Shown: one piece after another, positions 6,869 to 17,847 of the stretch
Layout of the letters: every line of letters begins with the position of its first letter
Numbering within the stretch: the first letter of the stretch is position 1
Origin: Candidatus Magasanikbacteria bacterium RIFCSPHIGHO2_02_FULL_48_18
Lineage (GTDB): Bacteria; Patescibacteriota; Patescibacteriia; Magasanikbacterales; UBA922
Direction of reading: 5' to 3'
DNA length: 64,000 nucleotides
NCBI GenBank assembly: GCA_001784285.1
Contig: MFQC01000011.1
Span: 3,640 to 67,639, forward strand
The notes under the pieces: generated by a model
What the model was told of the DNA's origin: nothing
What the model saw: only the letters and a program-made list of their open reading frames with translations
Databases searched by the model: none
Made by a program: the position numbers and the translations under genes

Positions 6869-9800
6869 TTACTCTCCAATCTTTGCCGCATCTCCTGCGG
6901 TTGCAGCACTCCCACTCGTCTCCTCCACTTTTACCCCATTTTTAAATTCAACCGGATTATTGGGATCGTCCAAATAGTACCGATTGATGGTATCCCCATC
7001 AACATCGTCTATTGCCGGCCGCAATTTGCCGCCTTCTTCAATAAGCTGAACTTTGCCTTCAATGGTTGCATTTCCTCCGGCAATATCAATTTTTAAATTT
7101 CCTCCCGCAATGTTTGGATTAAAATCCACTGGCATCACCACTTCGAATGGATCTTTCCCTTCCCCTCGAAAGAGAGAAAATCGTTTGATACCAGACACTC
7201 TTGTGGGAAGTTCGACTAACGGTTTGTCCGGTGTCGGTGCCCCTTCGGTTCCGGCAGCTGCTTCTGCCGCAGGAGATGGAATAGGTCCGCCGGATTCGCC
7301 CGCCGGTTCAACTCGAGGCTCTGCTGTTTCCTGGGGTCCAGCCGCAACTTTTGGTTTGGACAAATCCAATCCCGATCGATCTACTCCGGCGGCGCGAGTT
7401 TGGATATCCTCCCCACCTGATTGTGCGGCAGACCCCACGGCGCGTCCAATTGCGTCTCCACGGAACGAAGAAGCATCTGGTCTTGCGCCACTTGTTCGAG
7501 CGGCATCTTCTATCCGTTCCACTTCTGTTTTGACCGCATCAAAGTATGAACCCAGCACATCACGACGAAAGGTTCCCGCTATTTCATTATAACCGGAAAG
7601 ACGTGTCTTCAAAAACTGTTCTGTATATTGTTGCAAGGTTTGTCGTTGCGCCGGAGAAAACTCAAGTATATCTTCCAAATCAATATCGCCTCGAGCGGCC
7701 GCGTCAAGCGATGTCATAAGCAAGCTCACGCCTTTTTGCAATTTTTTGATTTCTGTAACTTCGGCTGCGGACGGCATTTCACTATAATCTCTTCCAATAC
7801 CGCCTTGATAGTCTCCGACACTTCCGCCGATACCTGCTGAACCATACGCTCGCGATTCAGCCGCAGAACCCACACCTCGAGCCACAGCAGAAGACGCTCC
7901 TCCAGTGATCGATTGAAATGGATTCTCGGCATAATGTGTTACCTGCCCGGCGGCATCGGTTACATTGAGCGTGCCATCTCGAAGTAATTCTACTACGCTG
8001 ACATTATTGCCAATTTCATACGTTATACCGTCGAGCGAAATCACTTTGACATTTTTGCCAAGGCCATCCGACGTTTCAATAATGCGTATTTTCCCCGGGC
8101 CGGAAAGCCCTGCTTTGGCTGCGTCCATTGACTGTGATACGTCGGGTCGTCCATGAAGTTCGGCCTTTGTCATAGGTCGTCCATAGCGTACTTCCAAATT
8201 TCTGTCTCCGCCAACTTGGTTGTGATGGAATGTGAGTCTACCTTTTTCATCAAGAGCCGGAAGATAGTGCTGATCGACACCATCTTTCCAATAAACGCCC
8301 TTTAAATAGCGTCCGTCCCGAGTCATAAATCCGGTACGCAATGAAACGCGGTGGGCTTCTCTGCCAATGTGCGTATCCAAATCCACTTTTGCAACATTGG
8401 GATCATACCCAATCATGCTATAAAATTTGGCCTTTTCTTCTCCGGTTAAGGTATCGTCCAAATATCGCATAATTGCAATATACCGGCCTTCCGGGCCGCC
8501 ACCTTTTGGCAACTGCCCATGGTCAAACATTTCTTGCAGAACCTCCGGCTTTTGCAAACTCGGCAATTCATGAGAAATACCTTGCAGGTCTTCTTTTACG
8601 CCACTTTCCAAATTCATGGCATCCCAATCGACCTCAGGCGCTTCCGGAGGAATATCCGCAAAATCTGCCGGCTGTATGTCGGCGGCCTGTTGCCAGCCGG
8701 CAAGACGCGCCAACTCTTGTCTGGTGATGTTAATTTCTTCTTGCAAACCCCCCACAGTCTGTTCGGCTTGAAGACTTTTTCCCATGAGCTCAGCGTGTGC
8801 CGGACTATCCGGAGACACTGCCGCCATTTGATTTTCAATTTCCACATGATGCACATGCGCGTCTGCCAATTGTTGTTCCAATGCCTCCACTTTTGTGGTG
8901 CCATCCATAATCTTTTGGATGTCTTCTGATTTTTTTGCCAAATCACTGGTTGATAATTGAAAGGCTTCGGTTGGGCGACCTTGCATCATGCTTTGCGCGT
9001 ATGCTTTTGCTTCCAAAAATTTTTGGACGTAGCTACCAACCGCAATACCGGCAACGACAGACCCCAGACGTTTTGCCCAACGAAATCCTTTTTCTTTACC
9101 AATTTTTCTTAACGAAATATCAAGAGAGGCATTTTCTTGTTCTATATAGGCCGAGGTATATTTGGCGACATCTAAAGCTGTCGCATCTGGTGATCCTCCC
9201 GCGGCCTCCGGGGTGCCGGACGTGCCGCCTGCCATGTTTTGTACTAAAACCTCCTGAAGAAGGACGTCCCGTTTTTCGTACAAATCCTGATAGACCTCGT
9301 CTTTATTTGGATCTTTATGATCCACCTGCAATTTTGCACGGCGGACACTTAATAAATCGTTCAATGTTTCAAGCCGCGTTGCGGGTGTGTCCCCAAGCTC
9401 ATCAATCATGATATCTTTCCCAGCAAAACCACGACGCAGTATTCCTCGAATTCCGCCTTTCTTTTCTAATTTCGCACACTTTTTCTGGTATTTCTTCGTC
9501 ATGTCGGCTTTTTCTTTACCATATTGAGCCGGTTCCCATTCTTGCGCGGTAGCGCGTGCATGAAGAACTGCCATATCCTGATTGAATTTTGCGTTCAACG
9601 CCGTGGCTCGATATTCTACGATGTCCTTTTCGTCGGTAAACACTCTCCCTTGTTTTCCAAAACGACGCTGGGAATACTCTTGTACTCCGTCCAAAAGACC
9701 TCGCGAACCAAAACCACCTCCAAGCCCGGCCATTGCTGTCCGGGTTGCAATAAATCCACCTGCCTGAAGAACCGATTCAAACCATAAAGGAGCTCCCACC

Positions 9801-12800
9801 AGAGCAGTAGATAATACGGTTCGGACACTGACAACTTTCCCGGCGCCTTTCATAAATCGGCTGGTTTGTTGCCACTGCTTATCCCAAAAGCCGCCCTTAT
9901 TTTTTTCGGTATAGGACTCAAAAAAATTGGACAAATTCATATCACCCAGTTTTCTCCAAGCTGATTGAACTTTGGCAAATGCTTTATTTTCCAATCGTTC
10001 CGAAATGGCCGTATCGAGCTGCCGTGATTCTTCTTTCATCCACGCTTGAATTTCTTGCACCTCAAACTCGGCTTTTTCAAGATAGGCTTTTCTGGCCGCG
10101 TCATAATCAACTTTTGCCTGCTCAAACGCAGGTTCCGCTTTCTTCCCACCAATGAGGCCACGACGTTTTTTGTATAAAAGTGCTAATGTTGCACGTGCGT
10201 CTTCCACATCTAATTCCAAACCGACAAGTTCTTTCTTCTCGTCGGACACTTCCCCCGCCTCCACCTCTCCGCTTGGCGGTTCCCTCTCGTCTTTCGCTGC
10301 CGGCGCGTATGCCTCGGCCGCGGCTTTTTGAAACGCATCGTTCACTTTTCTCTCTAGCTCAGAATCGTCCCACAGCTTTTGCGCCGCGACTGCCGGATCC
10401 GGATTTTGCTTCAATTCTACCGTAAGCCATTTGGGATTATCTTTCAACCAATCACCAATTTCTTTATAGAGTACATCCATGGCTATTGAACTTTTTAAAA
10501 TATTGGAAGCATAGCCCTCCCTGCCAACAAGGGAAGGAAACCCGTCTTGAACACGTTTCCGAAATTCATCAATAACCTGTTCCCAATACTCACGTACTTT
10601 TTCTCTGGATGCGGGGCGAAAACCCATTTTTTTGGATTGTCCAATGGCGGCCAACAACTCAACCTCTATTTCCCCGCCGGTATTAACCATACCATGGGCT
10701 ATGTCAATCATTTTTTTTCTCCCCGCCATTTCTTGCGTTGGCAAATGTGTACCAGATCTATCGGCGCGTGGAATACCTGCTGTTGCAACAGTTCGCTTAA
10801 ACAGAATATCTTCATAATAAGCAACGTCCCCTCGGGGAAACATGGCGCTTGGCCCTCCGGAAAACGAACGTTCTATAACGCCCCCCAAGGCTCCATGCAA
10901 TAAATCATCCACTTGTGTCCTTGCTTCGCGTTCAGAATAGCCAAGCGCAAGAAAATTGGCATACAACCGTTCTTTTGTCGCCTCCACTATTCTCTCTTTC
11001 CACTCGTCAAATGTTCGAACGTGCTCTTCATATGCTTGTATAGAGCCATCAATTTTTGCGGAAAGATCATCCGGAATAATTTTATCCTTATGAAGTTCGA
11101 CCATCACAAGTTTCGCGACCTCCTCGGCTGGCGTGTCAAGTTTACATCTGCCACCGTCTATTAATTTTTTGATTATGTTGTCAGTATTGTATGGATCAAC
11201 CTGTCTTACAACAGCTGTATGTAACTCATCTGAGATTGGCTCCGGTTCTATTGCTTTCCTTATTAAAAATAAAACCACATCTCTTGTTCCATAAATCAAA
11301 TCGGCAAGATCATATTGCTCTTTTATTTTTTTTACCCCCTCTTTGGCACGAGCTTCCGGTTTCATTTTTTTCAGCTCTTTTTCCTCCATCTTTGGATTCA
11401 CGGAATAAAAAATTAACTCAAGGGCGTGTAGGCGGCGATCATTGTTATCTATTTGGCCCACAGCTTCTTTTTCCACTGCTTCTTTAAACGCTGTCCAGTA
11501 TGCTTGCAATTCTGCATTATCAACATCAACGTCTTTCATTTTCTTCTGCCACGCATCTTCCGCGTCTCTCGCCGGATCACGCTCACCAATTTCTTGTGCA
11601 AAACCAAGATCACGCATAATGCCTTTTGCGGCTTCTTTGGGATTATTTCTTACGTCTTCATGAAGAAATCCCAGGTTCTCTGATAAATTTTCAAGCGCAG
11701 GCTGGACACGGTCTTGGACAAATTGGTCAATGTCATCTTCCTTTACATGCCCGCCATCTTTGAGAAGCTGATGTATATGGTCGCGGACATCCTCTTGCAC
11801 CAACTGATCCCACACATGCCTTGAAAACTTCCCAAATTCTTCATCCTCTTTTTCCATTGTCTTTATGGTCTCATAAAAATCAAAATTTTTTGGATCTATT
11901 TTTCTATCAGTCCACAGCCGATCAAACGCCGCATCAAATGCGCCGCCATCGTCAAAACGGGAATCTATACCATGAATTTCCGGATATGTTTCTTCAAGAA
12001 AAGCCCGAAAACGTTGTTTATATTCTTTCTTATACGCTTCGGGGTCTTTTTTCTCTTCCACAATCACCGGCTCGGAATTTTCATCTGCGCGCGCCAACAA
12101 CAATTCCGCCAGCTGTTCCGGAGTGGCTTTTTTGGGGGCATGACGCAAGACATCTTCCACATCTAAATAATGAAAGATGCGATAAAAAAGTTTTTCCCGT
12201 TTCAGAGGGTCGCTCTCCAATCTTGATATCACCCCCAGTGCGGCATGCCAACCCATCTGTGCGGCATGGCGTAATACCGCGAGATCACGTTTTCCTTTAT
12301 TAAAAATCCCAGATAGTTTACTGACCTCCACTGCTCCTATCTTGTCTATACGATCTAAAAATTTAGCTGTTGCTTCACGATTTGCGTCATGCAACGCGCC
12401 ATACGTCATCGATCCGGCTTCCGCGGCAACCGGAGTTGGCTCAACATCAACTGGCCGTTTATCAAGACCTCCGCCTCTTGTTGCACTAAGGGCATCTGAA
12501 ACTTCCAACAAATCTGGTTCGGATTCGACAGGTCGTGCTGGTGGTTGGTCTGGTTCAACGGCAGCCGGAGCCGATTCTGTGCCGCCAGGAACTTCATCAT
12601 CAGCTACTTCTGCTTCCGGTGGTTCATCGTCAGCAAACTCCGCCGTCACCGGTTCTTCGTCATCTACCAACTCGGATTCTGCAATTGGTCCTGTATCGAA
12701 ATATCGCCCAGCTTTTTTATGAGCACCCAAAAATTGTGCCACTCGTTTTGTGGCTTCCAATTCTGGATTCCCTAAAACCAATTCCTCTCCACGTTGATCT

Positions 12801-14665
12801 GATTCCAACTGAGCCCTCAACGCCCTCAAAATATCCAAGGCCTCGGACGAAAGTGGAATAGATTTATCGTCAGGAGTAAGTATTTTAACTGCCGCTTCAA
12901 CTACTTGATCAACGTATTCCTGTGTTTTTTGTTCTTGCCATTTTTCTGTTTCTGTTCTTTCTGTAGGGACAACAGCCGGTACTGCCGACGGTGCTCCTTT
13001 CTCTGTATCTTTAATGTCAGGTATAAGTAGTGGTCCAGATGGTTCATCGTCCAATGAAGAAAGCGTAGGCCCAGGTTCGAAAGGAACTCGTGGTTCTGGT
13101 CCTGATGCCGGCGCCTCCCCCGGTTCATCCTTATGCACTTTTTTCCGAGAAATACCTTTCCCTAACGAACCACCCAATGTTGTTTCTCCCAAAATACCAA
13201 GCCCGCGCGGTCTTTCTGGTAAAGATTCAGCGGCCGGCGTTTCTACGGGTGGTACAGAAGTTTCTTTTTTTACATCGTCTGTGGCAAGAACAGCGCCAGA
13301 CTGTTCACTTTCTCCTGGCACCGACGGCGGCGTGAGCTGTTCCAACCCTTCAACATGATCAGCCGATCCATCGTCTTCTACAATCGTCGCTTCTGCAATC
13401 TTTTCTTCTGCTTCTTCCGGCTGCAATGCAGTGGCTCTCTTTTCTTCCTCCGCCGCAAGCTCACTAAGAAAATCGGGTTTATTTTCTTCATCCGCACCAA
13501 AAGGCAAAGGATGAGTTTCCGGCGCAACGCTTCGCTTGGTCACTTTGGACCATGAAGGAGAGTCGGCTCTTGCGATATGAATTTCCTGCGGATAGGTTGT
13601 CCCATCTTTTCGTGGCAAGTGAACCCGAAATGTTATCGCTCCATCCGCGCGTTTTCCCACAACTTCGCCGGGAACGAGTTTTTTTGGATACTGATATTGA
13701 ATTTGTTCGCCCACCGTAAAGGTGTGCGTACCGAGGGAAACCGTTTCCCCCTCTTTGGCAGTCGCGATTACTCCTGTTTCCGGAGAAGTCGCCGCTTTCT
13801 CTTTTCCTGTTTCACCACGAAATAATGTTCTTCTTAATTGTTCTCTTTTTGGCACTGCCCAATCCGGCATATGCGCCATTGCTTGAACTCCGGGCGGCCC
13901 AAGACGTTTCCCTTCTGAAATAATTCTTCCCCTTTCGTCATCCGTAAGGTCGGCCTCGTCTTTCGCAAGAAGATCGGCAATGGAGGATTCTGGTGACACG
14001 GGAGCTTCTTCTGCTAAAGGAACAACGGACTGAGAAATTGTGCCTTCTTCAGGCACAACCGTATCTTCATGCGTAATGCCTAATTCGTCCTGAACGACGT
14101 CAAGAATATTATTCACGGTGTCAGAAACGTCCCCTGTTTGGAGAAGAACTTCCTCATCTAAGACGCGCATACGAGAAACAAATGCCCTTTGTATGCTCGA
14201 ACGTTGCGCGGCAGGGTAACCATTGAGACAATCGTCCAATCCCCCTAATACGTCTACCCAAAAATCTGCCACTCTCCCACGGACATCACGGTCGGTGACA
14301 CCATTTTTATCAAAAACGGTTTCCAAAAACTGCAAAAATTCCATGGTGTTGTTTCGGCGCAATTCGTGTTCTAGTCTGGCGCGGAACTCTTCATAATCAG
14401 TCTCAAGCGACTCCAATTCTATTGCAATCTGCTCTGCTTCTCCGTCTTTCAATTTTGTTCCGGCATTATCCAAAAAAGACCGAAGCCTCTTATCGAGCCC
14501 CGCCAATTCATTTCCAAAATCCTCACTTCCCTCTTCCAATGTCTTGAGGTGGTCAAATAACGTTGCCATTTCAGCCCGCATGCGATCGGCTCTTTTCACG
14601 ATATTTTCGGCTTCGGGCGTTTGCGATCCTTCTTTTTTTGGTTTTGTTTTGTCTTCTTCAGCCAT
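6869..14665 (-). CDS. Giant acidic low-complexity/coiled-coil protein (2598 aa), function unknown
   Basis: Uninterrupted ORF; Pro/Glu-rich linkers; internal hydrophobic segments; no signal peptide. Confidence 0.9.
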   Translation of the reverse strand: MAEEDKTKPKKEGSQTPEAENIVKRADRMRAEMATLFDHLKTLEEGSEDFGNELAGLDKRLRSFLDNAGTKLKDGEAEQIAIELESLETDYEEFRARLEHELRRNNTMEFLQFLETVFDKNGVTDRDVRGRVADFWVDVLGGLDDCLNGYPAAQRSSIQRAFVSRMRVLDEEVLLQTGDVSDTVNNILDVVQDELGITHEDTVVPEEGTISQSVVPLAEEAPVSPESSIADLLAKDEADLTDDERGRIISEGKRLGPPGVQAMAHMPDWAVPKREQLRRTLFRGETGKEKAATSPETGVIATAKEGETVSLGTHTFTVGEQIQYQYPKKLVPGEVVGKRADGAITFRVHLPRKDGTTYPQEIHIARADSPSWSKVTKRSVAPETHPLPFGADEENKPDFLSELAAEEEKRATALQPEEAEEKIAEATIVEDDGSADHVEGLEQLTPPSVPGESEQSGAVLATDDVKKETSVPPVETPAAESLPERPRGLGILGETTLGGSLGKGISRKKVHKDEPGEAPASGPEPRVPFEPGPTLSSLDDEPSGPLLIPDIKDTEKGAPSAVPAVVPTERTETEKWQEQKTQEYVDQVVEAAVKILTPDDKSIPLSSEALDILRALRAQLESDQRGEELVLGNPELEATKRVAQFLGAHKKAGRYFDTGPIAESELVDDEEPVTAEFADDEPPEAEVADDEVPGGTESAPAAVEPDQPPARPVESEPDLLEVSDALSATRGGGLDKRPVDVEPTPVAAEAGSMTYGALHDANREATAKFLDRIDKIGAVEVSKLSGIFNKGKRDLAVLRHAAQMGWHAALGVISRLESDPLKREKLFYRIFHYLDVEDVLRHAPKKATPEQLAELLLARADENSEPVIVEEKKDPEAYKKEYKQRFRAFLEETYPEIHGIDSRFDDGGAFDAAFDRLWTDRKIDPKNFDFYETIKTMEKEDEEFGKFSRHVWDQLVQEDVRDHIHQLLKDGGHVKEDDIDQFVQDRVQPALENLSENLGFLHEDVRNNPKEAAKGIMRDLGFAQEIGERDPARDAEDAWQKKMKDVDVDNAELQAYWTAFKEAVEKEAVGQIDNNDRRLHALELIFYSVNPKMEEKELKKMKPEARAKEGVKKIKEQYDLADLIYGTRDVVLFLIRKAIEPEPISDELHTAVVRQVDPYNTDNIIKKLIDGGRCKLDTPAEEVAKLVMVELHKDKIIPDDLSAKIDGSIQAYEEHVRTFDEWKERIVEATKERLYANFLALGYSEREARTQVDDLLHGALGGVIERSFSGGPSAMFPRGDVAYYEDILFKRTVATAGIPRADRSGTHLPTQEMAGRKKMIDIAHGMVNTGGEIEVELLAAIGQSKKMGFRPASREKVREYWEQVIDEFRKRVQDGFPSLVGREGYASNILKSSIAMDVLYKEIGDWLKDNPKWLTVELKQNPDPAVAAQKLWDDSELERKVNDAFQKAAAEAYAPAAKDEREPPSGEVEAGEVSDEKKELVGLELDVEDARATLALLYKKRRGLIGGKKAEPAFEQAKVDYDAARKAYLEKAEFEVQEIQAWMKEESRQLDTAISERLENKAFAKVQSAWRKLGDMNLSNFFESYTEKNKGGFWDKQWQQTSRFMKGAGKVVSVRTVLSTALVGAPLWFESVLQAGGFIATRTAMAGLGGGFGSRGLLDGVQEYSQRRFGKQGRVFTDEKDIVEYRATALNAKFNQDMAVLHARATAQEWEPAQYGKEKADMTKKYQKKCAKLEKKGGIRGILRRGFAGKDIMIDELGDTPATRLETLNDLLSVRRAKLQVDHKDPNKDEVYQDLYEKRDVLLQEVLVQNMAGGTSGTPEAAGGSPDATALDVAKYTSAYIEQENASLDISLRKIGKEKGFRWAKRLGSVVAGIAVGSYVQKFLEAKAYAQSMMQGRPTEAFQLSTSDLAKKSEDIQKIMDGTTKVEALEQQLADAHVHHVEIENQMAAVSPDSPAHAELMGKSLQAEQTVGGLQEEINITRQELARLAGWQQAADIQPADFADIPPEAPEVDWDAMNLESGVKEDLQGISHELPSLQKPEVLQEMFDHGQLPKGGGPEGRYIAIMRYLDDTLTGEEKAKFYSMIGYDPNVAKVDLDTHIGREAHRVSLRTGFMTRDGRYLKGVYWKDGVDQHYLPALDEKGRLTFHHNQVGGDRNLEVRYGRPMTKAELHGRPDVSQSMDAAKAGLSGPGKIRIIETSDGLGKNVKVISLDGITYEIGNNVSVVELLRDGTLNVTDAAGQVTHYAENPFQSITGGASSAVARGVGSAAESRAYGSAGIGGSVGDYQGGIGRDYSEMPSAAEVTEIKKLQKGVSLLMTSLDAAARGDIDLEDILEFSPAQRQTLQQYTEQFLKTRLSGYNEIAGTFRRDVLGSYFDAVKTEVERIEDAARTSGARPDASSFRGDAIGRAVGSAAQSGGEDIQTRAAGVDRSGLDLSKPKVAAGPQETAEPRVEPAGESGGPIPSPAAEAAAGTEGAPTPDKPLVELPTRVSGIKRFSLFRGEGKDPFEVVMPVDFNPNIAGGNLKIDIAGGNATIEGKVQLIEEGGKLRPAIDDVDGDTINRYYLDDPNNPVEFKNGVKVEETSGSAATAGDAAKIGE

Positions 14666-14667
14666 AG

Positions 14668-14883
14668 TTATTTCAATTGCAAAATATGTTGAAGCGCTTC
14701 TTTTACTCTCACTTTATCCTCAAGTTCGAGCACTCGCCGGTGCATCACCGCGTGGCGTTTTTTCAAATCATCAAATTCTTTCCGCAGCTCCTCATAATGA
14801 CTTTTTATCTCTTCGTATTCCGGCGCGGCAGACAATGCCGGCTTTGGTTGCTGCGTTAATTGTGCGCCAAGCGTATCTGCCAT
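14668..14883 (-). CDS. Small coiled-coil hypothetical protein
   Basis: Heptad-like ORF 2 nt upstream of the giant gene. Confidence 0.7.
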   Translation of the reverse strand: MADTLGAQLTQQPKPALSAAPEYEEIKSHYEELRKEFDDLKKRHAVMHRRVLELEDKVRVKEALQHILQLK

Positions 14884-14902
14884 AAAAAACAAAGACTATT
14901 CT

Positions 14903-15235
14903 TTACTGTGAATTTCCTTTTTTATTTTGGATAAAATTCATGAGGCCGGTCTTTACGGCAACGACTTCTTCCTGCAAGATATCCAAAAAATTCGGCACAT
15001 CGTGCCGGATAAATACCTGAAGATCTTCGTCCGTTCCGGTTTCCAATATTTTTTTCAATTCCTCTTGTTTTTCAGAAGATACCAAATCAAACACGCGGAC
15101 CAATAATTTTTTTTGGATAAGCTCGGTCATTTGGTCCAAAAGCTGCGCTTTTTGACTGTCGGGTAAATAATCCAAATTGAGAAGCTGAATAATATGATCA
15201 TGAATGAAATTGGATTGTACCGTGGGTGATGGCAT
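14903..15235 (-). CDS. DUF5663-like CPR protein
   Basis: LLNLDYLPDSQKAQLLDQMTELIQKKLLVRV...VPNF..ILQEEV pattern. Confidence 0.65.
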   Translation of the reverse strand: MPSPTVQSNFIHDHIIQLLNLDYLPDSQKAQLLDQMTELIQKKLLVRVFDLVSSEKQEELKKILETGTDEDLQVFIRHDVPNFLDILQEEVVAVKTGLMNFIQNKKGNSQ

Positions 15236-15276
15236 AAAGAAAAATTCTAAATATCTAAATGATTACCATGGAAGTG

Positions 15277-15885
15277 TTATTCTCTCCTCTCCCGTTTCAA
15301 CACCACCAGCGCCGCGCCAACCAATCCAACAAAAAATCCAAGCGCCATATTCACGGGTATATTTGGTCTCACCGGCCAACGCGTCGCCACCGGATCATTG
15401 ACCACTTTGAGAACGACATCCTTTCCAATATATTCCCACCCTCTTGTTACCAGCGCGTCGACCGAAGCACGCGCGAGCGCAATGGCTTGGGATTGGCTTC
15501 GTCCGTACAAACTCACATTGAGGATGCCGGTGCCAAACGAAACCGACGAAGAAATGGTTTCTCGCCATCGTTTTCGTTTCACGCGTTCCGACACGTTGGC
15601 AAAATGGCTTTTGTCAATGCCATAGTCGCCCTGAGTCATCACTTTTTGAAAAAAATCATTGGAGGGCAATACTTCGGCAACATTGGATCCAATACGTTCG
15701 GCAGATTTTGCAATGGTGTACGGATCAACTCCTGCCTGACTATTGGGAAGAATAAGAATCTGCGCGTCCGCTCGGTAATAGCGAGGAAAGAAAAAACTCA
15801 CCCCGCCTGCAAGAAGCCCGATGATGACGCCGCCAATGAGGATGAGCCGACTCCGTTTTTTGATAATAGACCAGGGGTAATTCAT
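15277..15885 (-). CDS. Wzz/CapA-like chain-length determinant protein
   Basis: N- and C-terminal TM segments; P.YRA.AQILI; PVRPNIPVNMALGFFVGL. Confidence 0.75.
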   Translation of the reverse strand: MNYPWSIIKKRSRLILIGGVIIGLLAGGVSFFFPRYYRADAQILILPNSQAGVDPYTIAKSAERIGSNVAEVLPSNDFFQKVMTQGDYGIDKSHFANVSERVKRKRWRETISSSVSFGTGILNVSLYGRSQSQAIALARASVDALVTRGWEYIGKDVVLKVVNDPVATRWPVRPNIPVNMALGFFVGLVGAALVVLKRERRE

Positions 15886-15992
15886 ATATGCGTATGTACC
15901 AAATTATAACAGAAGAATCAAAAAATTGCGATATGCGCTCTCTTTTCAATCCGGAAAGAAACAACAAATTATAGCACAAAAATGCCCTGCCG

Positions 15993-17072
15993 TCAAGGTT
16001 CAACCAGTACTTTTGACACCATCACATCAATCTCTTCTTTGCCCCGCAAAATAGTGAGCGTCATAGTTTTGGGAGCGCGCAAGACCTGGTAATGGAGCAA
16101 GAGCGGATCAATTGGCTTTCCTTCGATGCCGATAATCAAATCATTTTTTTGAATTGGCGACGATTTTGGCAACACACCGCCGGTGACCAAAAACCCAAAC
16201 AGCCGATCTTTCGCGTCCTCCGCTGAAAACCCTTCCACCAGCAAACCCGCGTATGGAAGCGCTTCATACAAAAACGTGCCGGTTGTAAGAACCGATTGAA
16301 TCTCGCCAGGAATAAATGTCGCCGGGATAATATGGCCGTCACTCCCGACAAATCCGGCGAATTCGCCAGACAAGGTAAAGAGGATCTGTCCTTCCGAGGC
16401 AGTGGACGAAACGACAAATTCATAATGCGGCTTCCACACGAGAAAACCGGATGGAGATTCAAGCGACACGCGGCTCGACACATCGACGAGCGTCCATTCC
16501 TGTTTTGCAACCGCCCAAAAGATACTCCCCGCGTGCATATTGTCCACATCCGAAAAAGACACCGGCACAAATTGATTGCCGGAAAAACGAAGAAATACCA
16601 GCCCAAAAATATTTTCTTTTTTTACCTCTTCGACAGAAAACGTATTCCCTCGAAAATCAACACCCTCCCAAGAGAGTTCATCGCCGGCCTTGTAGGCCGG
16701 AAGCGCCGCAACGGCCCATCCGTTGTCGGTCAAAAGGACCGCGTCGGCAATCCGCCCATCGGTTTTATACCATGCGGACCCGATTTTCTTTCTCGTATCA
16801 AAAAGACCAATCATCTGTTGCTTCATTTCGTTTTCCAAAAGGGGGTTGGGCATTTCGACCGTTGCGTCTCCGATGGTCCGGCTGACAGGAGTGAACCGGG
16901 ACGCCGGCCCGGCTGGCGGGCTGATCCATGTGATGCTGGCGAGGCCCCCAGAAATACCGGCGAGAAAAGAGAGAAACGCGACAAACAAAAGCAGGGGCAA
17001 CCGTTGCAAACGCTTATGAGTCTGTATATTGCATGTTTTGGGAGGGAGATGAGGAATCTGGGACATATTCAT
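15993..17072 (-). CDS. Degenerate HtrA-like (trypsin fold + PDZ) membrane protein
   Basis: N-terminal TM; AVLLTDNGW; C-terminal IQKNDLIIGIEG...LTILRG PDZ. Catalytic His and GNSGG motifs not seen. Confidence 0.65.
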   Translation of the reverse strand: MNMSQIPHLPPKTCNIQTHKRLQRLPLLLFVAFLSFLAGISGGLASITWISPPAGPASRFTPVSRTIGDATVEMPNPLLENEMKQQMIGLFDTRKKIGSAWYKTDGRIADAVLLTDNGWAVAALPAYKAGDELSWEGVDFRGNTFSVEEVKKENIFGLVFLRFSGNQFVPVSFSDVDNMHAGSIFWAVAKQEWTLVDVSSRVSLESPSGFLVWKPHYEFVVSSTASEGQILFTLSGEFAGFVGSDGHIIPATFIPGEIQSVLTTGTFLYEALPYAGLLVEGFSAEDAKDRLFGFLVTGGVLPKSSPIQKNDLIIGIEGKPIDPLLLHYQVLRAPKTMTLTILRGKEEIDVMVSKVLVEP

Positions 17073-17076
17073 GTTA

Positions 17077-17847
17077 TTATATCCATCGCACAAAAAACAT
17101 ACCGGCGGCAAACAACAACACATTCACAATCAAAAACCACCGCTGTTTGTGCCACACGACGCCCTGATAGTGAATATGGAATCGAATAAACAATTGAACA
17201 ATATACCATATCCACGTGGTAAACAACCCCAAGGCAAGATAGCCGAGCGGAAATATCTGTATGGCGAATGTTATCTCGGTCATAAGCACTGCCACGAATC
17301 CAATCCAAAATAAAAATGTTCGAATGGTTCCCTCAACATACAATCGCCAAATCATCGAGCCGATCACGGCCAAAATAATCCCGTTCAAAAAACTCAATGC
17401 CCAAAACGGAAACGACTGAAAAAAAAGATGAAAGGCAAATACCGTCGTCGTCAAGGCATACGCGTCAAACACCCACACCATCATGCCAATGCGGCGAATC
17501 GATTTTTGCACCGGCACCGGGGCGATACGATGATACAAGAGCAAGACAAACAAAAGACCAATGCATACGCCGCTTAAGACAATAAGAAAATATCGGAGCC
17601 ACAACGCTTCAACCAAGCTCGTAAATCCCAAAAAACCAAAAACCGTCGCGAGAATCAAAAAAAATTGGCGGCGATCCGCATCAATTCTTTTTTCAATAAC
17701 ATGATAGATGCTAAACAATATGCCCACCCACGCAACAAGAACAATCGCAAGCGCTAAGAGATTTGCAAAATGATGAATAAGAAACAGGCAGAGACTGCTC
17801 ACGACTCCGGCAACGGCTCCTATGCCAAACATGACAACACGAATCAT
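17077..17847 (-). CDS. Multi-pass membrane protein
   Basis: About 8-9 hydrophobic segments. Confidence 0.8.
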   Translation of the reverse strand: MIRVVMFGIGAVAGVVSSLCLFLIHHFANLLALAIVLVAWVGILFSIYHVIEKRIDADRRQFFLILATVFGFLGFTSLVEALWLRYFLIVLSGVCIGLLFVLLLYHRIAPVPVQKSIRRIGMMVWVFDAYALTTTVFAFHLFFQSFPFWALSFLNGIILAVIGSMIWRLYVEGTIRTFLFWIGFVAVLMTEITFAIQIFPLGYLALGLFTTWIWYIVQLFIRFHIHYQGVVWHKQRWFLIVNVLLFAAGMFFVRWI

